In this document: one piece after another, positions 21,685 through 34,322 of the stretch | How positions within the stretch are numbered: position 1 is the first letter of the stretch | Layout: every line of letters begins with the position of its first letter | Assembly: GCA_050290185.1 (NCBI GenBank) | Contig: JBNKHE010000001.1 | Location: forward strand, 642,713-706,712 | Length of the DNA: 64,000 bases | Source of the DNA: Pontiella sp. | GTDB lineage: Bacteria; Verrucomicrobiota; Kiritimatiellia; Kiritimatiellales; Pontiellaceae | Direction of reading: 5' to 3' | Translations under genes and position numbers: made by a program | The notes under the pieces: model-generated | The model's input: only the letters and a program-made list of their open reading frames with translations | What the model was told of the DNA's origin: nothing | Databases searched by the model: none

Positions 21685-21779
21685 CGGTTGGGCTGGAGAG
21701 CGGTATAAACCAGCGGACGAGCCCGCCATGGCCGGCGATCGGCATACCGAACCGCCGGCCTGCGCACTCCAGGGCATGA

Positions 21780-23420
<1,641 letters not shown>

Positions 23421-23440
23421 TTATCCTTTCAAAATTCCGA

Positions 23441-23728
23441 TTAGCCAATAATCGCGAGGATATCCTCTTCGCGCATGATCTGGTATTCCTTGCCGTCAAC
23501 CTTGACTTCGGTGCCGCCATACTTCGGCATCAGCACGGTGTCGCCTTTCTTGACGTTGAACGGAATGACTTTGCCGTTTTCGTCCAGCTTGCCGGTTCCC
23601 ACTGCAATAACCTTGCCTTCCTGAGGCTTTTCCTTAGCCGAGTCGGGGATGATGATTCCGCCCTTAACGGCCTGCTCTTCCTTGACCGGCTCAACCAATA
23701 CGCGTTCGCCCAATGGTTTAATCTTCAT
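23441..23728 (-). CDS. groES: Co-chaperonin GroES
   Basis: [30 protein letters not shown]. Confidence 0.98.
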   Translation of the reverse strand: MKIKPLGERVLVEPVKEEQAVKGGIIIPDSAKEKPQEGKVIAVGTGKLDENGKVIPFNVKKGDTVLMPKYGGTEVKVDGKEYQIMREEDILAIIG

Positions 23729-23758
23729 GGATACTTCTCTCCTTGTTGGTTATTTATA

Positions 23759-23904
23759 ATTTTGATTTCTGAATTTTGATTTCCGATTTGCGGCTCCCCG
23801 ACGGACCTTTTCAACCATAAGCCCAGCGGCGGCTATTTGTCCGCCGGAGCCATGCAAAGGCGGAGGTTCCACAAATCAAAAACCGCCTATCAAAAATCGA
23901 AAAT
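23759..23904 (-). repeat. Composite intergenic element: inverted heptamer-repeat arms enclosing a TCCGCC..GGCGGAC hairpin
   Basis: Minus strand: TTTTCGATTTTTGAT..TTTTTGATTTG pairs with CAAATCGGAAATCAAAATTCAGAAATCAAAA. Confidence 0.7.
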
Positions 23905-23906
23905 GC

Positions 23907-25835
<1,929 letters not shown>

Positions 25836-25885
25836 AATTGTCTCCTATGGTTTTAAATTGGTGTCACTTTCGACGACTCCCCTAT

Positions 25886-25901
25886 ATCACGAACCGTGCC
25901 A
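25886..25901 (-). promoter_or_regulatory. Putative sigma54 -24/-12 promoter of dnaK
   Basis: TGGCACG-GTTC-GTGAT: perfect -24, variant -12. Confidence 0.5.
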
Positions 25902-26178
25902 CCAGATGCAAGGCGAAAGGATCAAGTCGCAACTCGTTGTATATATGACACTTAACACCTAACCCCCTAAAGCCTGACCCTGCGCACATGCTGGCGCATG
26001 TGCGCCAGATGTCCCACATCCGCCCCACCCTCTGTCCCACCTGCGCCATCGTGTCACACCTCGTTGCCGTGTTTATCCTCCTTCACCGAGGTTTCGGAGC
26101 GACAAGTCTGCGAGATATGCGGGCCAACAAACCTCCGTGTCCTCTGTGGTACATGCTTACCGTCATTGGGAGATGGAC

Positions 26179-26208
26179 AAAAAAAAGCCCCCGGAAATTA
26201 TTCCGGGG
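26179..26208 (-). terminator. Terminator after the HPF-like gene
   Basis: CCCCGGAA/TTCCGGGG stem with a T-tract on the minus strand. Confidence 0.7.
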
Positions 26209-26243
26209 ACCTAAGCGCCTATCCATCGGTGGGGGCCGATGAA

Positions 26244-26657
26244 TCAGGCAGCTTCTTCTGCTCTGTGCATGCGGCGGCTGGCTCGGCGGCCGTGCCTTTT
26301 GATCAGTTGTTTTTCTACGCTGTCGAAGACATCTGCAAGTGCACTGAAAACGCCGTCGTGCATGCCGGTTCTTTCGGTGCTGTGCGCCACGTAGAGCCGC
26401 TCGCCGGGAACGGAGAGTTTAATCTTTACCTGAAAGACCCCTGTCTTTTCCCGGTGATGCGTCTCGTCGATCACCACATACGCCTTGGCACCGGGCAACG
26501 GATATTTATCGAACCGCTCCATCATCTGATCCACCAACCATTGAACCCGCTTCGACTCGCGCATATGTCGAAATTGAACCTCGACCGGAATATATGCACC
26601 GGCTCCCTGTGCCTCAAAGTAAGAAGATGCGGATTTAAACTGCGATGATGTATACAT
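26244..26657 (-). CDS. HPF/RaiA-family ribosome-associated protein
   Basis: VQFRHM..., FQVKIKLSVPGERLYV, SALADVFDSVEKQL pattern. Confidence 0.65.
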   Translation of the reverse strand: MYTSSQFKSASSYFEAQGAGAYIPVEVQFRHMRESKRVQWLVDQMMERFDKYPLPGAKAYVVIDETHHREKTGVFQVKIKLSVPGERLYVAHSTERTGMHDGVFSALADVFDSVEKQLIKRHGRRASRRMHRAEEAA

Positions 26658-26889
26658 TACATCGGCTCCTTTCTTGTTGGTTTACCTATTCAGATGTCGG
26701 ACCTTCGAGTTCGCCTCAATACGCCCGCGTTACGTCTTAGAGACTACCCCTCTATCGGTCCGGTTCAAATATTTTTCTACTCCAACAAGCACTCCTTATT
26801 GAGACACCAGCGTAAGTCCTTGCAGTAAAACAATGCGGGAGTTTTAGCAGCGGCCAAAAAAGTTCATGGCCCATATCCCCATGAAGCAA

Positions 26890-26985
26890 GGATCGCTCTC
26901 CGAGCGCGCCGCACGCACGCCATGCACTCGTAAAAACCACCATGCCCATCCTGCGGACAGACGGCTCGGAGAGGCATCCCCACCC
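26890..26985. repeat. REP-like palindromic element
   Basis: CTCTCCGAGC...GCTCGGAGAG inverted repeat ending CCCACC. Confidence 0.55.
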
Positions 26986-27104
26986 AGGTTGACAGGCGGA
27001 AGGATAAGGGTGCCCCCTCCCCGAAAGAGGAACCGGGGAGGAGGGCTGGGTGTGGGGGGAGGAGATGAAATCTATTGGGCCGGTGGTGCTTTTTTCTTTA
27101 CCAG

Positions 27105-27200
27105 CTCGTCGGCCGGTTGCGCAACCGGATCGACAAGCAGTTCGAAACCAAACTGATCCACACCGTGCGCGGAGTCGGTTATGTCCTCAAAACCGAATGA
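27105..27200 (+). pseudogene. C-terminal remnant of an OmpR/PhoB-family response regulator
   Basis: LVGRLRNRIDKQFETKLIHTVRGVGYVLKTE*; in-frame TGA at 27066; no receiver domain upstream. Confidence 0.85.
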
Positions 27201-28605
27201 GTCCGTCCATATTACGTTCGGCTTCCGGCTGGCGCTGCTTTATACCGTCATCCTGACCATCACGGTAGGCATCCTGTTTGCCGTCACCTACCAGCTTGTC
27301 CGCCGCATCGTCCAGGAACGCGACCATGCGGTGATCAAGGCCCAGACCACCCAGTTCAAGGCGCTCTTCGCCCAAGGCGGCCTGACGGCGATCAACAACT
27401 ATTTCAGCCAGCAGATCAACCCGACCGAACCGGTATTCGTCCGCATCATCGACGCCCATAACCATGTGCGCTTTATCACGGCATCGCATCCGCTCTGGTC
27501 GCTGCTCGATCAGCAAGTCCACGAGCAGCGCATCACCGACTCCAGCGAAGCCCGCTGGGATGAGCTCAACCGAGAGGAGGCGAACGGCAGCTGGATCGTG
27601 GGAACCACGGCACTGACGCCCGGTTATTTCCTGCAGGTGGGACGCAGCAATACGGAGAGCAAGCTCGTACTGGCCCACTTCCGGCGGATCGGTCTTCGCA
27701 TCCTGCTTCCAACCATTCTACTGAGCCTGCTCGGTGGCTGGCTGACGGCCCAAACCGCATTATCACCACTGCGCGCACTCGTGCAAACCATCCGAAACAT
27801 CCTCGATACGGGCGACCTGCGCCAACGCGCCCCCGCCCATGCCCAACGCGGCGAGCTCGGAGCACTCAGCACCATGTTCAACCGCATCCTCGACAAGAAC
27901 GAAAGGCTGGTCGAGGGTTCCAGGGAAACGCTCGACAACGTCGCCCACGACCTGCGTACCCCAATGACCCATCTGCGCAACTCGGCCGAGCGCGCCCTCC
28001 AGTTACCCGAAGCGGATCTGGCGATACAGCGCGAGGCGCTGGCCGACTGCATGGAAGAATCCGAACGCATCCTGCAGATGCTCAATGTATTGATGGATCT
28101 GGCCGAGGCGCGCGTAGGCGATATGACCCTGCGCCCCGAATCGTTCGCCCTGCGCGAACTCGCCGACGAGGTGATTGAACTCTACGACCTGGTGGCCGAA
28201 GACCGGGTTATCAACCTCAAGAACGAAGTTCCGCCCCACTGCACCGTCACCGCCGACCGTACGCGTCTACGCCAATGCGTAGCCAACCTCGTCGACAACG
28301 CACTCAAATACAGTCCGAAGGAGAGCGAAGTGGTGCTGTCCGGCCGCTCGGATGAATCGACTGTGAGCATCGCCGTCAGCGACCAGGGTTGCGGGATTGC
28401 TCCGGAGGATCTGTCGCGGATATGGGACCGCCTCTACCGCGGCGAACGCAGTCGTGCGACCCCCGGCCTCGGACTTGGGCTGAGCATGGTCCGGGCAATC
28501 GTCGAAGCCCATGACGGAACGGTGGATGTAGAGAGTAGAGCGGACGAAGGCGCCACCTTTACCCTCACCCTTCCACGCAAAATGAAAGGGGCTGATCAAG
28601 CATGA
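27181..28605 (+). CDS. Two-component sensor histidine kinase (HAMP-HisKA-HATPase)
   Basis: Two TM segments; AHDLRTP; NLVDNALKY; DQGCGI; GLGLGLS. Confidence 0.95.
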   Translation: MSSKPNESVHITFGFRLALLYTVILTITVGILFAVTYQLVRRIVQERDHAVIKAQTTQFKALFAQGGLTAINNYFSQQINPTEPVFVRIIDAHNHVRFITASHPLWSLLDQQVHEQRITDSSEARWDELNREEANGSWIVGTTALTPGYFLQVGRSNTESKLVLAHFRRIGLRILLPTILLSLLGGWLTAQTALSPLRALVQTIRNILDTGDLRQRAPAHAQRGELGALSTMFNRILDKNERLVEGSRETLDNVAHDLRTPMTHLRNSAERALQLPEADLAIQREALADCMEESERILQMLNVLMDLAEARVGDMTLRPESFALRELADEVIELYDLVAEDRVINLKNEVPPHCTVTADRTRLRQCVANLVDNALKYSPKESEVVLSGRSDESTVSIAVSDQGCGIAPEDLSRIWDRLYRGERSRATPGLGLGLSMVRAIVEAHDGTVDVESRADEGATFTLTLPRKMKGADQA

Positions 28606-28623
28606 CCAGCCCCGTCAGCATCA

Positions 28624-29106
28624 CTAGTCCGTCGAAACGGGGATGGATTTGCGGGCGGCCCTAGCCGATTCGGTTTTCGGCAGCGTCAGCGTCAGTACAC
28701 CGCGCTTGAATTTGGCCGTGGCCTTTTCGCGGTCGATCCGGGCGGGCAACGGAATGGAGCGATGATAGTTTCCATAGCTCATTTCGGAGACGTGGTAGTG
28801 CCGTTTCTTGCTTTCCTTCTGTTCCTTCCGTTCACCACGAATCACCAGCATATCCTCTTCGAGTTCCACCGCTATATCCTTTTCGTCCATCCCGGACAAC
28901 TCGGCCTTCACACGGATCTCATCATCGGTTTCCGACAGCTCGAATCCCGCGCCTCCGGCCATGCGGAGGCCGCGGTCGCCGAAGCCGCGATAGTAGCCAT
29001 TGAACAACTCATTGATTTCCCGGTGGAGCACATCGAATGGATCTTCGCTCCGCCATCGTTCCGGCAGCGCGTTGCGCTTTTTCCAGGGCATCAACTTGTC
29101 TTTCAT
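28624..29106 (-). CDS. Small heat shock protein (Hsp20)
   Basis: alpha-crystallin signature AKFKRGVLTLTLPK. Confidence 0.92.
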   Translation of the reverse strand: MKDKLMPWKKRNALPERWRSEDPFDVLHREINELFNGYYRGFGDRGLRMAGGAGFELSETDDEIRVKAELSGMDEKDIAVELEEDMLVIRGERKEQKESKKRHYHVSEMSYGNYHRSIPLPARIDREKATAKFKRGVLTLTLPKTESARAARKSIPVSTD

Positions 29107-29123
29107 CAGTCGTACACCTCCTT

Positions 29124-29255
29124 ATTCGATTTTGGATTTTTGAATTCCGATTTTTGATTTATTGAACTCGACCGGCGGTAGCCTAAGTGTCGCCGTGTCC
29201 ACCGAAGCCTTCGCGAAGGTGGAAGACCTGTACGTCGCCAATCGGAAATCAACAT
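29124..29255 (-). repeat. Composite heptamer-arm element with TCCACCTTCGCGAAGGCTTCGGTGGAC core
   Basis: GATTTCCGATT arm versus AAATCAAAAATCGGAATTCAAAAATCCAAAATC arm just upstream of the SD. Confidence 0.7.
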
Positions 29256-29272
29256 TTCGCGGCAAAACCACG

Positions 29273-29674
29273 CTACCCTCCTGTCGTGATTTCAATCTTG
29301 CGCGGCTTGGCCTGCTCGGCCTTGGGCAGTTCGATATCGAGCACACCGTTGTGCAGCCGGGCGAGGATCTTGTCGCGGTCGATCAACTGCGGGACGCTGA
29401 ACTTGCGCCGGAAGACTCCTGTGTCGTATTCGCCGACGAGTAGATCGTACCCTTCCGGCTTTTCTCCACGCTGTTTCCCGGTGATTTCCAGCTCGTAGTT
29501 GTCGAGATGGATATCGACCTGATCCTGCGTAACGCCGGGCATGTCGCATCTCACCAGAATCGCGTCTTCCTTTTCGTAGATGTCCGCGACCGGTACATAG
29601 GTTCGCTCATTGCGAGCGGGTTCCATGCCCTCGAGGTTCACTTTTTCCAGACTCTTATCCTGTTTGTCTTTCAT
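29273..29674 (-). CDS. Small heat shock protein (Hsp20)
   Basis: AGGAGG SD before MKDKQD; ARLHNGVLDIELPK. Confidence 0.92.
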   Translation of the reverse strand: MKDKQDKSLEKVNLEGMEPARNERTYVPVADIYEKEDAILVRCDMPGVTQDQVDIHLDNYELEITGKQRGEKPEGYDLLVGEYDTGVFRRKFSVPQLIDRDKILARLHNGVLDIELPKAEQAKPRKIEITTGG

Positions 29675-29693
29675 AACCGTTTCCTCCTTGTTA

Positions 29694-29798
29694 ATTGTCG
29701 ATTGCCGATTACTTGAACTCCATCTGTACTGGCCTCTTTTCAGATCAAGGCGTCGCAGACCCACAAATCGGAAATCATCAATCGGAAATCTAAAATTT
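29694..29798 (-). repeat. Inverted heptamer-repeat arms between Hsp20 genes
   Basis: GATTTCCGATTGATGATTTCCGATT versus AATCGGCAATCGACAATT upstream of the SD. Confidence 0.65.
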
Positions 29799-29812
29799 GC
29801 AGCATGGCTGCA

Positions 29813-30247
29813 TTAGTTGGTTTTGATTTCAATGCGTTTCGGTTTGGTGGCCTCGTGACGCGGCAGCGTGATGGTCAACACGCCGTTTTCGTATTTGGCC
29901 GTCACCTTGTCGTTCTCGATCGCATACGGAAGACGGACGGTCCGCACAAACTTGCCGGTTTCGCGTTCGGAACGATGGCACACGGCGTTCTCGGCCGGCT
30001 TTTCGGCTTTGCGCTCGCCCTTGATCGTGAGCTGGTTGTTAACCACATTGATATCGAGGTCATCAGCTTCCAGTCCGGGAAGCTCCGCCGTTACGATCAC
30101 GTTTTCCGAATTGCCCCACACATTAAGTGCCGGGAAGCGGGACATTGAAGTTCCGCCTTCGTAACCGTCGAACAGACGGTTCATTTCCCGCTGCAAAGAA
30201 CGCAGTTCCGCAAACGGGCTCCATGCTCTGTCATTGTTCCAATACAT
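29813..30247 (-). CDS. Small heat shock protein (Hsp20)
   Basis: AGGAG SD before MYWNND; AKYENGVLTITLP. Confidence 0.93.
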   Translation of the reverse strand: MYWNNDRAWSPFAELRSLQREMNRLFDGYEGGTSMSRFPALNVWGNSENVIVTAELPGLEADDLDINVVNNQLTIKGERKAEKPAENAVCHRSERETGKFVRTVRLPYAIENDKVTAKYENGVLTITLPRHEATKPKRIEIKTN

Positions 30248-30320
30248 GTTCTGCACTCCTTTCATTTCTGCTCCCGCACCCGTTGCGGAAGCGTGTAGAT
30301 CATGTTCACAACTGCCCATA

Positions 30321-30336
30321 TACAAAAAATGTGCCA
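30321..30336 (-). promoter_or_regulatory. Putative sigma54 promoter of the Hsp20 operon
   Basis: TGGCAC-ATTTT-TTGTA. Confidence 0.55.
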
Positions 30337-30586
30337 ACCGTAGCGGAGGGCATATTCCCTTTATTTTCCTAGGTTTCAGCGGGCTCAAGGTGTGGGAAAA
30401 TCGCGAAAAAACGACACACCCCAAGTCACATCTGTGCCAATTTTATCCAGACATGTTGCGCGTACTCAACGGGTACCGGGTCCAGCATCCCTCCAATTCA
30501 GCCCATCCTGTAATTCCTATTAAAAACACCTTCGTATTCTCTGCGCCCTCTGTGGTAAACAAGCCCGCATTAAACGGAGTTGCTTT

Positions 30587-30889
30587 ATGGAACGGGAAAA
30601 CAGAATTACGATTGAATACTGCTCAAAGTGCAAATTCATGATGCGCTCTGCGTGGATCGCGCAGGAACTGTTGCAAACCTTCGAAGGGGATGTCGACGAA
30701 GCCGTACTGAAGCCCAGCGAAGTGGCAGGCATCTGGCGCATCCATGCCAACGGTCAGCAGGTTTGGGACCGCAAAACCGAACGAGGCCTCCCTGAACTGA
30801 AGGACCTGAAACGCCGCGTGCGCGACATCATTGCCCCCGACAAGGATCTCGGCCACGCCGAAACCGTGGAGCCCAAGCCAGAGGCATAA
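30587..30889 (+). CDS. SelT/SelW/SelH (Rdx) family protein, Cys form
   Basis: ITIEYCSKC...AWIAQELL...VWDRK...LKRRVRD. Confidence 0.9.
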   Translation: MERENRITIEYCSKCKFMMRSAWIAQELLQTFEGDVDEAVLKPSEVAGIWRIHANGQQVWDRKTERGLPELKDLKRRVRDIIAPDKDLGHAETVEPKPEA

Positions 30890-30929
30890 AACCAAATCAT
30901 GCCCGAACAAAACACGGAGACGCAAAGCC

Positions 30930-31196
30930 ATGGATAAACAAACCCCGATATTGATCGTGCTGGCCGTTGCCCTGGCCGTTCACTACATCGGCCAGAAACA
31001 ATTGCTGGCTTCGGGCTGGAAGGCGGAAAACGCCAAGCCGCAGATCAAGCGTCTGCTGATCAACGGAACAACGCTGCTGGTTTTTTCCATCTTCGCGCTG
31101 GTTGCCGCAACGGCGCCGTATGGCCTTTTCGGCATCCTGCTTTTCATCGAGGCCGCCGTCTGCTTTGCCTTCGCCCGCAAGCTCTCCAGAAAGTAG
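30930..31196 (+). CDS. Small hypothetical membrane protein
   Basis: Three hydrophobic segments; GGAG upstream. Confidence 0.65.
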   Translation: MDKQTPILIVLAVALAVHYIGQKQLLASGWKAENAKPQIKRLLINGTTLLVFSIFALVAATAPYGLFGILLFIEAAVCFAFARKLSRK

Positions 31197-31197
31197 A

Positions 31198-31245
31198 TAA
31201 CCACGAAATCCAGAATGCCATTGGGTTTCATGTAGTTCGTGGTTA
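31198..31245. repeat. Palindromic AACCACG-type intergenic element, possibly a bidirectional terminator
   Basis: TAACCACGAA...TTCGTGGTTA 10-bp IR between convergent stops. Confidence 0.6.
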
Positions 31246-31977
31246 TAACATTTCGCTGACGGATTCCATGATAGCACAAAGATCGTCGTGGATGACGAGC
31301 TGCGCTTCGGAATCAAGCGGCGTGGGATCGTGATTGATGATGGCCATTCTGGCGTTCCACGGTCGATAACCGGGCAGGCCGGAGGCAGGATAAACGACCA
31401 GCGAAGAGCCAAGCACCAGCAGCAGATCGCAACGGCTGATGGCATCCACTGATGCATTCCAGTCATACTCCGGGAGCATTTCCCCGAAAAAAGTAATGTC
31501 CGGCTTGTAGACACCCCCGCATATGCAACGCGGAATTTCACCTTGATCGATCAACGGATAGAGCGTTGCGGTTTCTATCTGATCGCCGCATTTCAGACAG
31601 CTGCTATGGATATGGTTTCCGTGCACCGTATAAACCGGAGACGAGCCCGCCCGCTGATGATAGTCATCCACGTTCTGGGTCACTACGATGACATCCTTGC
31701 CGCGATGCTGCCATTCTGCCAGTGCACAATGCGCCGCATTAGGTTGGGCATCACGCACCTGCGGATAAAATTTGCGGGCGAAGGCATAGAAGATCGATGG
31801 ATTGCGGATGAAGGCATTCATATCGAAGACGTTCACGTTTTGGCTGTTTGAATAGATGCCGCTGGCCGAGCGAAAGTCGGGAATGCCCGACCCGGTCGAA
31901 ATCCCCGCACCCGTCAGCGCCACGATCCGATCCGCCGACTCCACCCATTCCGCAAGCTGATGTATCGAATGATTCAT
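31243..31977 (-). CDS. cobB: NAD-dependent protein deacylase (sirtuin)
   Basis: TGAGISTGSGIPDFR, TQNVD, HG, zinc Cys residues, GSSLVVYPA. Confidence 0.93.
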   Translation of the reverse strand: MNHSIHQLAEWVESADRIVALTGAGISTGSGIPDFRSASGIYSNSQNVNVFDMNAFIRNPSIFYAFARKFYPQVRDAQPNAAHCALAEWQHRGKDVIVVTQNVDDYHQRAGSSPVYTVHGNHIHSSCLKCGDQIETATLYPLIDQGEIPRCICGGVYKPDITFFGEMLPEYDWNASVDAISRCDLLLVLGSSLVVYPASGLPGYRPWNARMAIINHDPTPLDSEAQLVIHDDLCAIMESVSEML

Positions 31978-32051
31978 AACCACCAAGACACGAAGAGCAC
32001 GAAGCATTCCTTTCTTTGAGTCCTTCGTGACTTAGTGTTAAATATTCATTC

Positions 32052-32747
32052 ATGGATTCAGAGATAAAAATCAGGCCGATTGGAGTGATCCGGTCGTGCT
32101 ACGGTGAAAAGTTCGGCATTCCGCGCCAGCCGGGACTGGTAAAAAGCGCGACGGCAGCATTGGATCTTATCCCGCCGTTCAACACAGTCGAAGCGCTGCG
32201 CGGACTCGAGGCGTTTTCCCACGTCTGGATTCTGTTCGTGTTCCATCAGTCGATTCAGGATTCGTGGAAAGCGACCGTGCGGCCGCCGCGGCTGGGCGGA
32301 AATGAGCGGGTCGGCGTTTTTGCTTCACGCTCGAACTTTCGCCCCAATCCTATCGGGTTGTCGGTCGTGGAACTGCTGGATATCGATGGGACCACGCTGA
32401 AGCTCGGCGGCGGCGATTTTCTGGATGGCACACCGGTGCTGGACATCAAACCGTATATTCCCTACGTCGACAGCATGCCCGAGGCAAAGGGTGCGTTTGC
32501 TTCATCTGCACCAGAAGCGGTCAACGCGGTTGATTTCATGCCCGAAGCAGAATGCGCGGTGGAGAAACTCGAAAACAAAGACCGCCCTGCCCTGCGTCAA
32601 CTGATCTGCGACATGCTGGCCTATAATCCGCGTCCGGCCTATCAGAACGATGACCCGGATCGTATCTTCGGAACCCGCCTGTTTGACCTCGAAGTCCGAT
32701 GGAAACAGGCGGAGAACAAGATTACGGTAGTGGAGATTAAAAGGTAG
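32052..32747 (+). CDS. tsaA: tRNA m6t6A37 methyltransferase TrmO/TsaA
   Basis: KFGIPRQPGL, FSHVW, RPPRLGGN, RPNPIGLS, DGTPVLDIKPY. Confidence 0.95.
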   Translation: MDSEIKIRPIGVIRSCYGEKFGIPRQPGLVKSATAALDLIPPFNTVEALRGLEAFSHVWILFVFHQSIQDSWKATVRPPRLGGNERVGVFASRSNFRPNPIGLSVVELLDIDGTTLKLGGGDFLDGTPVLDIKPYIPYVDSMPEAKGAFASSAPEAVNAVDFMPEAECAVEKLENKDRPALRQLICDMLAYNPRPAYQNDDPDRIFGTRLFDLEVRWKQAENKITVVEIKR

Positions 32748-32798
32748 GGCGGAGCGGCCCCACTCTGCCGCGGACGACCGAGGTCAGTCCTTCCTACC
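32743..32798. repeat. GTAG-type REP-like element
   Basis: GGTAGGGCGG...GCGGACGAC...CCTACC; fills the gap between convergent stop codons. Confidence 0.65.
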
Positions 32799-34322
32799 CT
32801 ATTCCACTGGTTTTGTATCGTTGGCGTCAGCTTCCTTCGGCGCATTCATGAAGGTGGCCTTGTCGACATCGACCTGCTTGATCTGCTTGGTTTGCAGCGG
32901 CAGCCAGAGCGACGTGGCAGGGATATAGGTAATCACCATCAGCGAAGCGATCATGGCGCCGAAGAACGGCAACATGGTCTTCGTGACCTTCGCGATCGTT
33001 GTCTTTCCCACCCCGCACCCAATGAACAGACAGGTGCCAACCGGAGGCGTGCAAAGGCCGATGCAGAGATTGGTAATCATCATGATGCCGAAGTGCACTT
33101 CGTGCATGCCAAGTTCCTTGACGACCGGCAGAAAAATGGGCGTAAAAATCAGGACCGCAGGCGTCATGTCCATGAACGTCCCAACGAACAGCAGCAGCAC
33201 ATTGATGGTAAGCAGGATGACGATCGGATTATCGGAAAGACCGAGCAATGCATCACTCACGGTTTGCGGAATGTTGGCCATGGTCATGATCCAGCTCATG
33301 CCCGAGCTGGCGCCGATGAGCAGCATGACGATCGCGGTCGTAATCCCGGTCTGTAGCAACAGTTCCGGTATTTCCTTCAGCTTGATTTCGCGATAGACCA
33401 CCACCGAAAGGAAGAAGGCGTAAACCACCGCGATGGCGGCGGCTTCCGTTGCCGTGAACACCCCTTTCAGAATACCACCGATCACAATCAGGATCAGCAG
33501 CAGGGTCAGAAAGGCCCGGCGGAAGGTCGTGAAGCAGGCGCAACAGGTTATGGAGATTAAAGCAAACCAGATCAGCCCATTGCCGAGATGCATGGAGCCC
33601 ACATTGACGCCTATATCCGCTATTCCCTTTTTCGACAGAAGAATGGACAGGATGATGATTCCAACAATCCCCGTCGCCGCGACCGGCTTCCAATGCGGCA
33701 TTTCGATGACATCGCCGCGGTAGCCGGAAAAAACGGAAATGATACCGGCCACGAGCATGATGAACAGCCCCATGATGATCCCGGGGATAAAGCCTGCCAT
33801 GAACATGGCGGCGATCGACACCGATCCAGCGGCCACAGAGTAGACAATCATGATGTTGCTGGGTGGAATCAGCAAACCGGTCGTGGCAGCCGTAGTGGTA
33901 ACGGCGACGTTGAATTCGCGGCCATAGCCCTTGCGGTTCATTTCCGGAATCATAAAACCGCCGACCGAGGAAACTGCGGCCGCAGCCGAGCCGGAGATGG
34001 ATCCGAACAGCATGCAGGTGAGCGTATTGACATACCCGAGCCCCCCCGGAAGGCGGCCAACCAGCGTGGCGGCAAAATCAATCAAACGCCGGGCAAGACC
34101 GCCCCGTCCCATCAGATGGCCTGAGAGAATGAAGAACGGTATGGCCAGCAGCGCAAAGCTGTTAACCCCGTTCGCCATTTTACTGGCAATGACGATGGTG
34201 GGATCCGAGCCCGCAGCGACCACAGCAAAGAACGAGGCCAGGGCAATCGATACCGCGATCGGCACATTCATGACCAGCAGCAAAATGAAAACAGCAACGA
34301 GGATGATAGCGACCATACCCAT
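32799..34322 (-). CDS. dctM: TRAP transporter large permease
   Basis: LLAIPFFILSG, FGSISGSAAA, GLLIPPS, FTATEAA, TPPVG. Confidence 0.95.
   Translation of the reverse strand: MGMVAIILVAVFILLLVMNVPIAVSIALASFFAVVAAGSDPTIVIASKMANGVNSFALLAIPFFILSGHLMGRGGLARRLIDFAATLVGRLPGGLGYVNTLTCMLFGSISGSAAAAVSSVGGFMIPEMNRKGYGREFNVAVTTTAATTGLLIPPSNIMIVYSVAAGSVSIAAMFMAGFIPGIIMGLFIMLVAGIISVFSGYRGDVIEMPHWKPVAATGIVGIIILSILLSKKGIADIGVNVGSMHLGNGLIWFALISITCCACFTTFRRAFLTLLLILIVIGGILKGVFTATEAAAIAVVYAFFLSVVVYREIKLKEIPELLLQTGITTAIVMLLIGASSGMSWIMTMANIPQTVSDALLGLSDNPIVILLTINVLLLFVGTFMDMTPAVLIFTPIFLPVVKELGMHEVHFGIMMITNLCIGLCTPPVGTCLFIGCGVGKTTIAKVTKTMLPFFGAMIASLMVITYIPATSLWLPLQTKQIKQVDVDKATFMNAPKEADANDTKPVE

Noticed and set aside
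27035..27059. G-quadruplex motif
   Set aside because: Better explained as part of a hairpin and 3' UTR remnant; no other support
29675..29764. Extended N-termini from the ORF track (also 850-1962, 29813-30424, 39884 and 49779-51032)
   Set aside because: The extensions run through repeats or neighbouring genes; downstream ATGs have SD sequences or match family starts
30587..30889. Selenoprotein
   Set aside because: Motif is CxxC with no in-frame TGA
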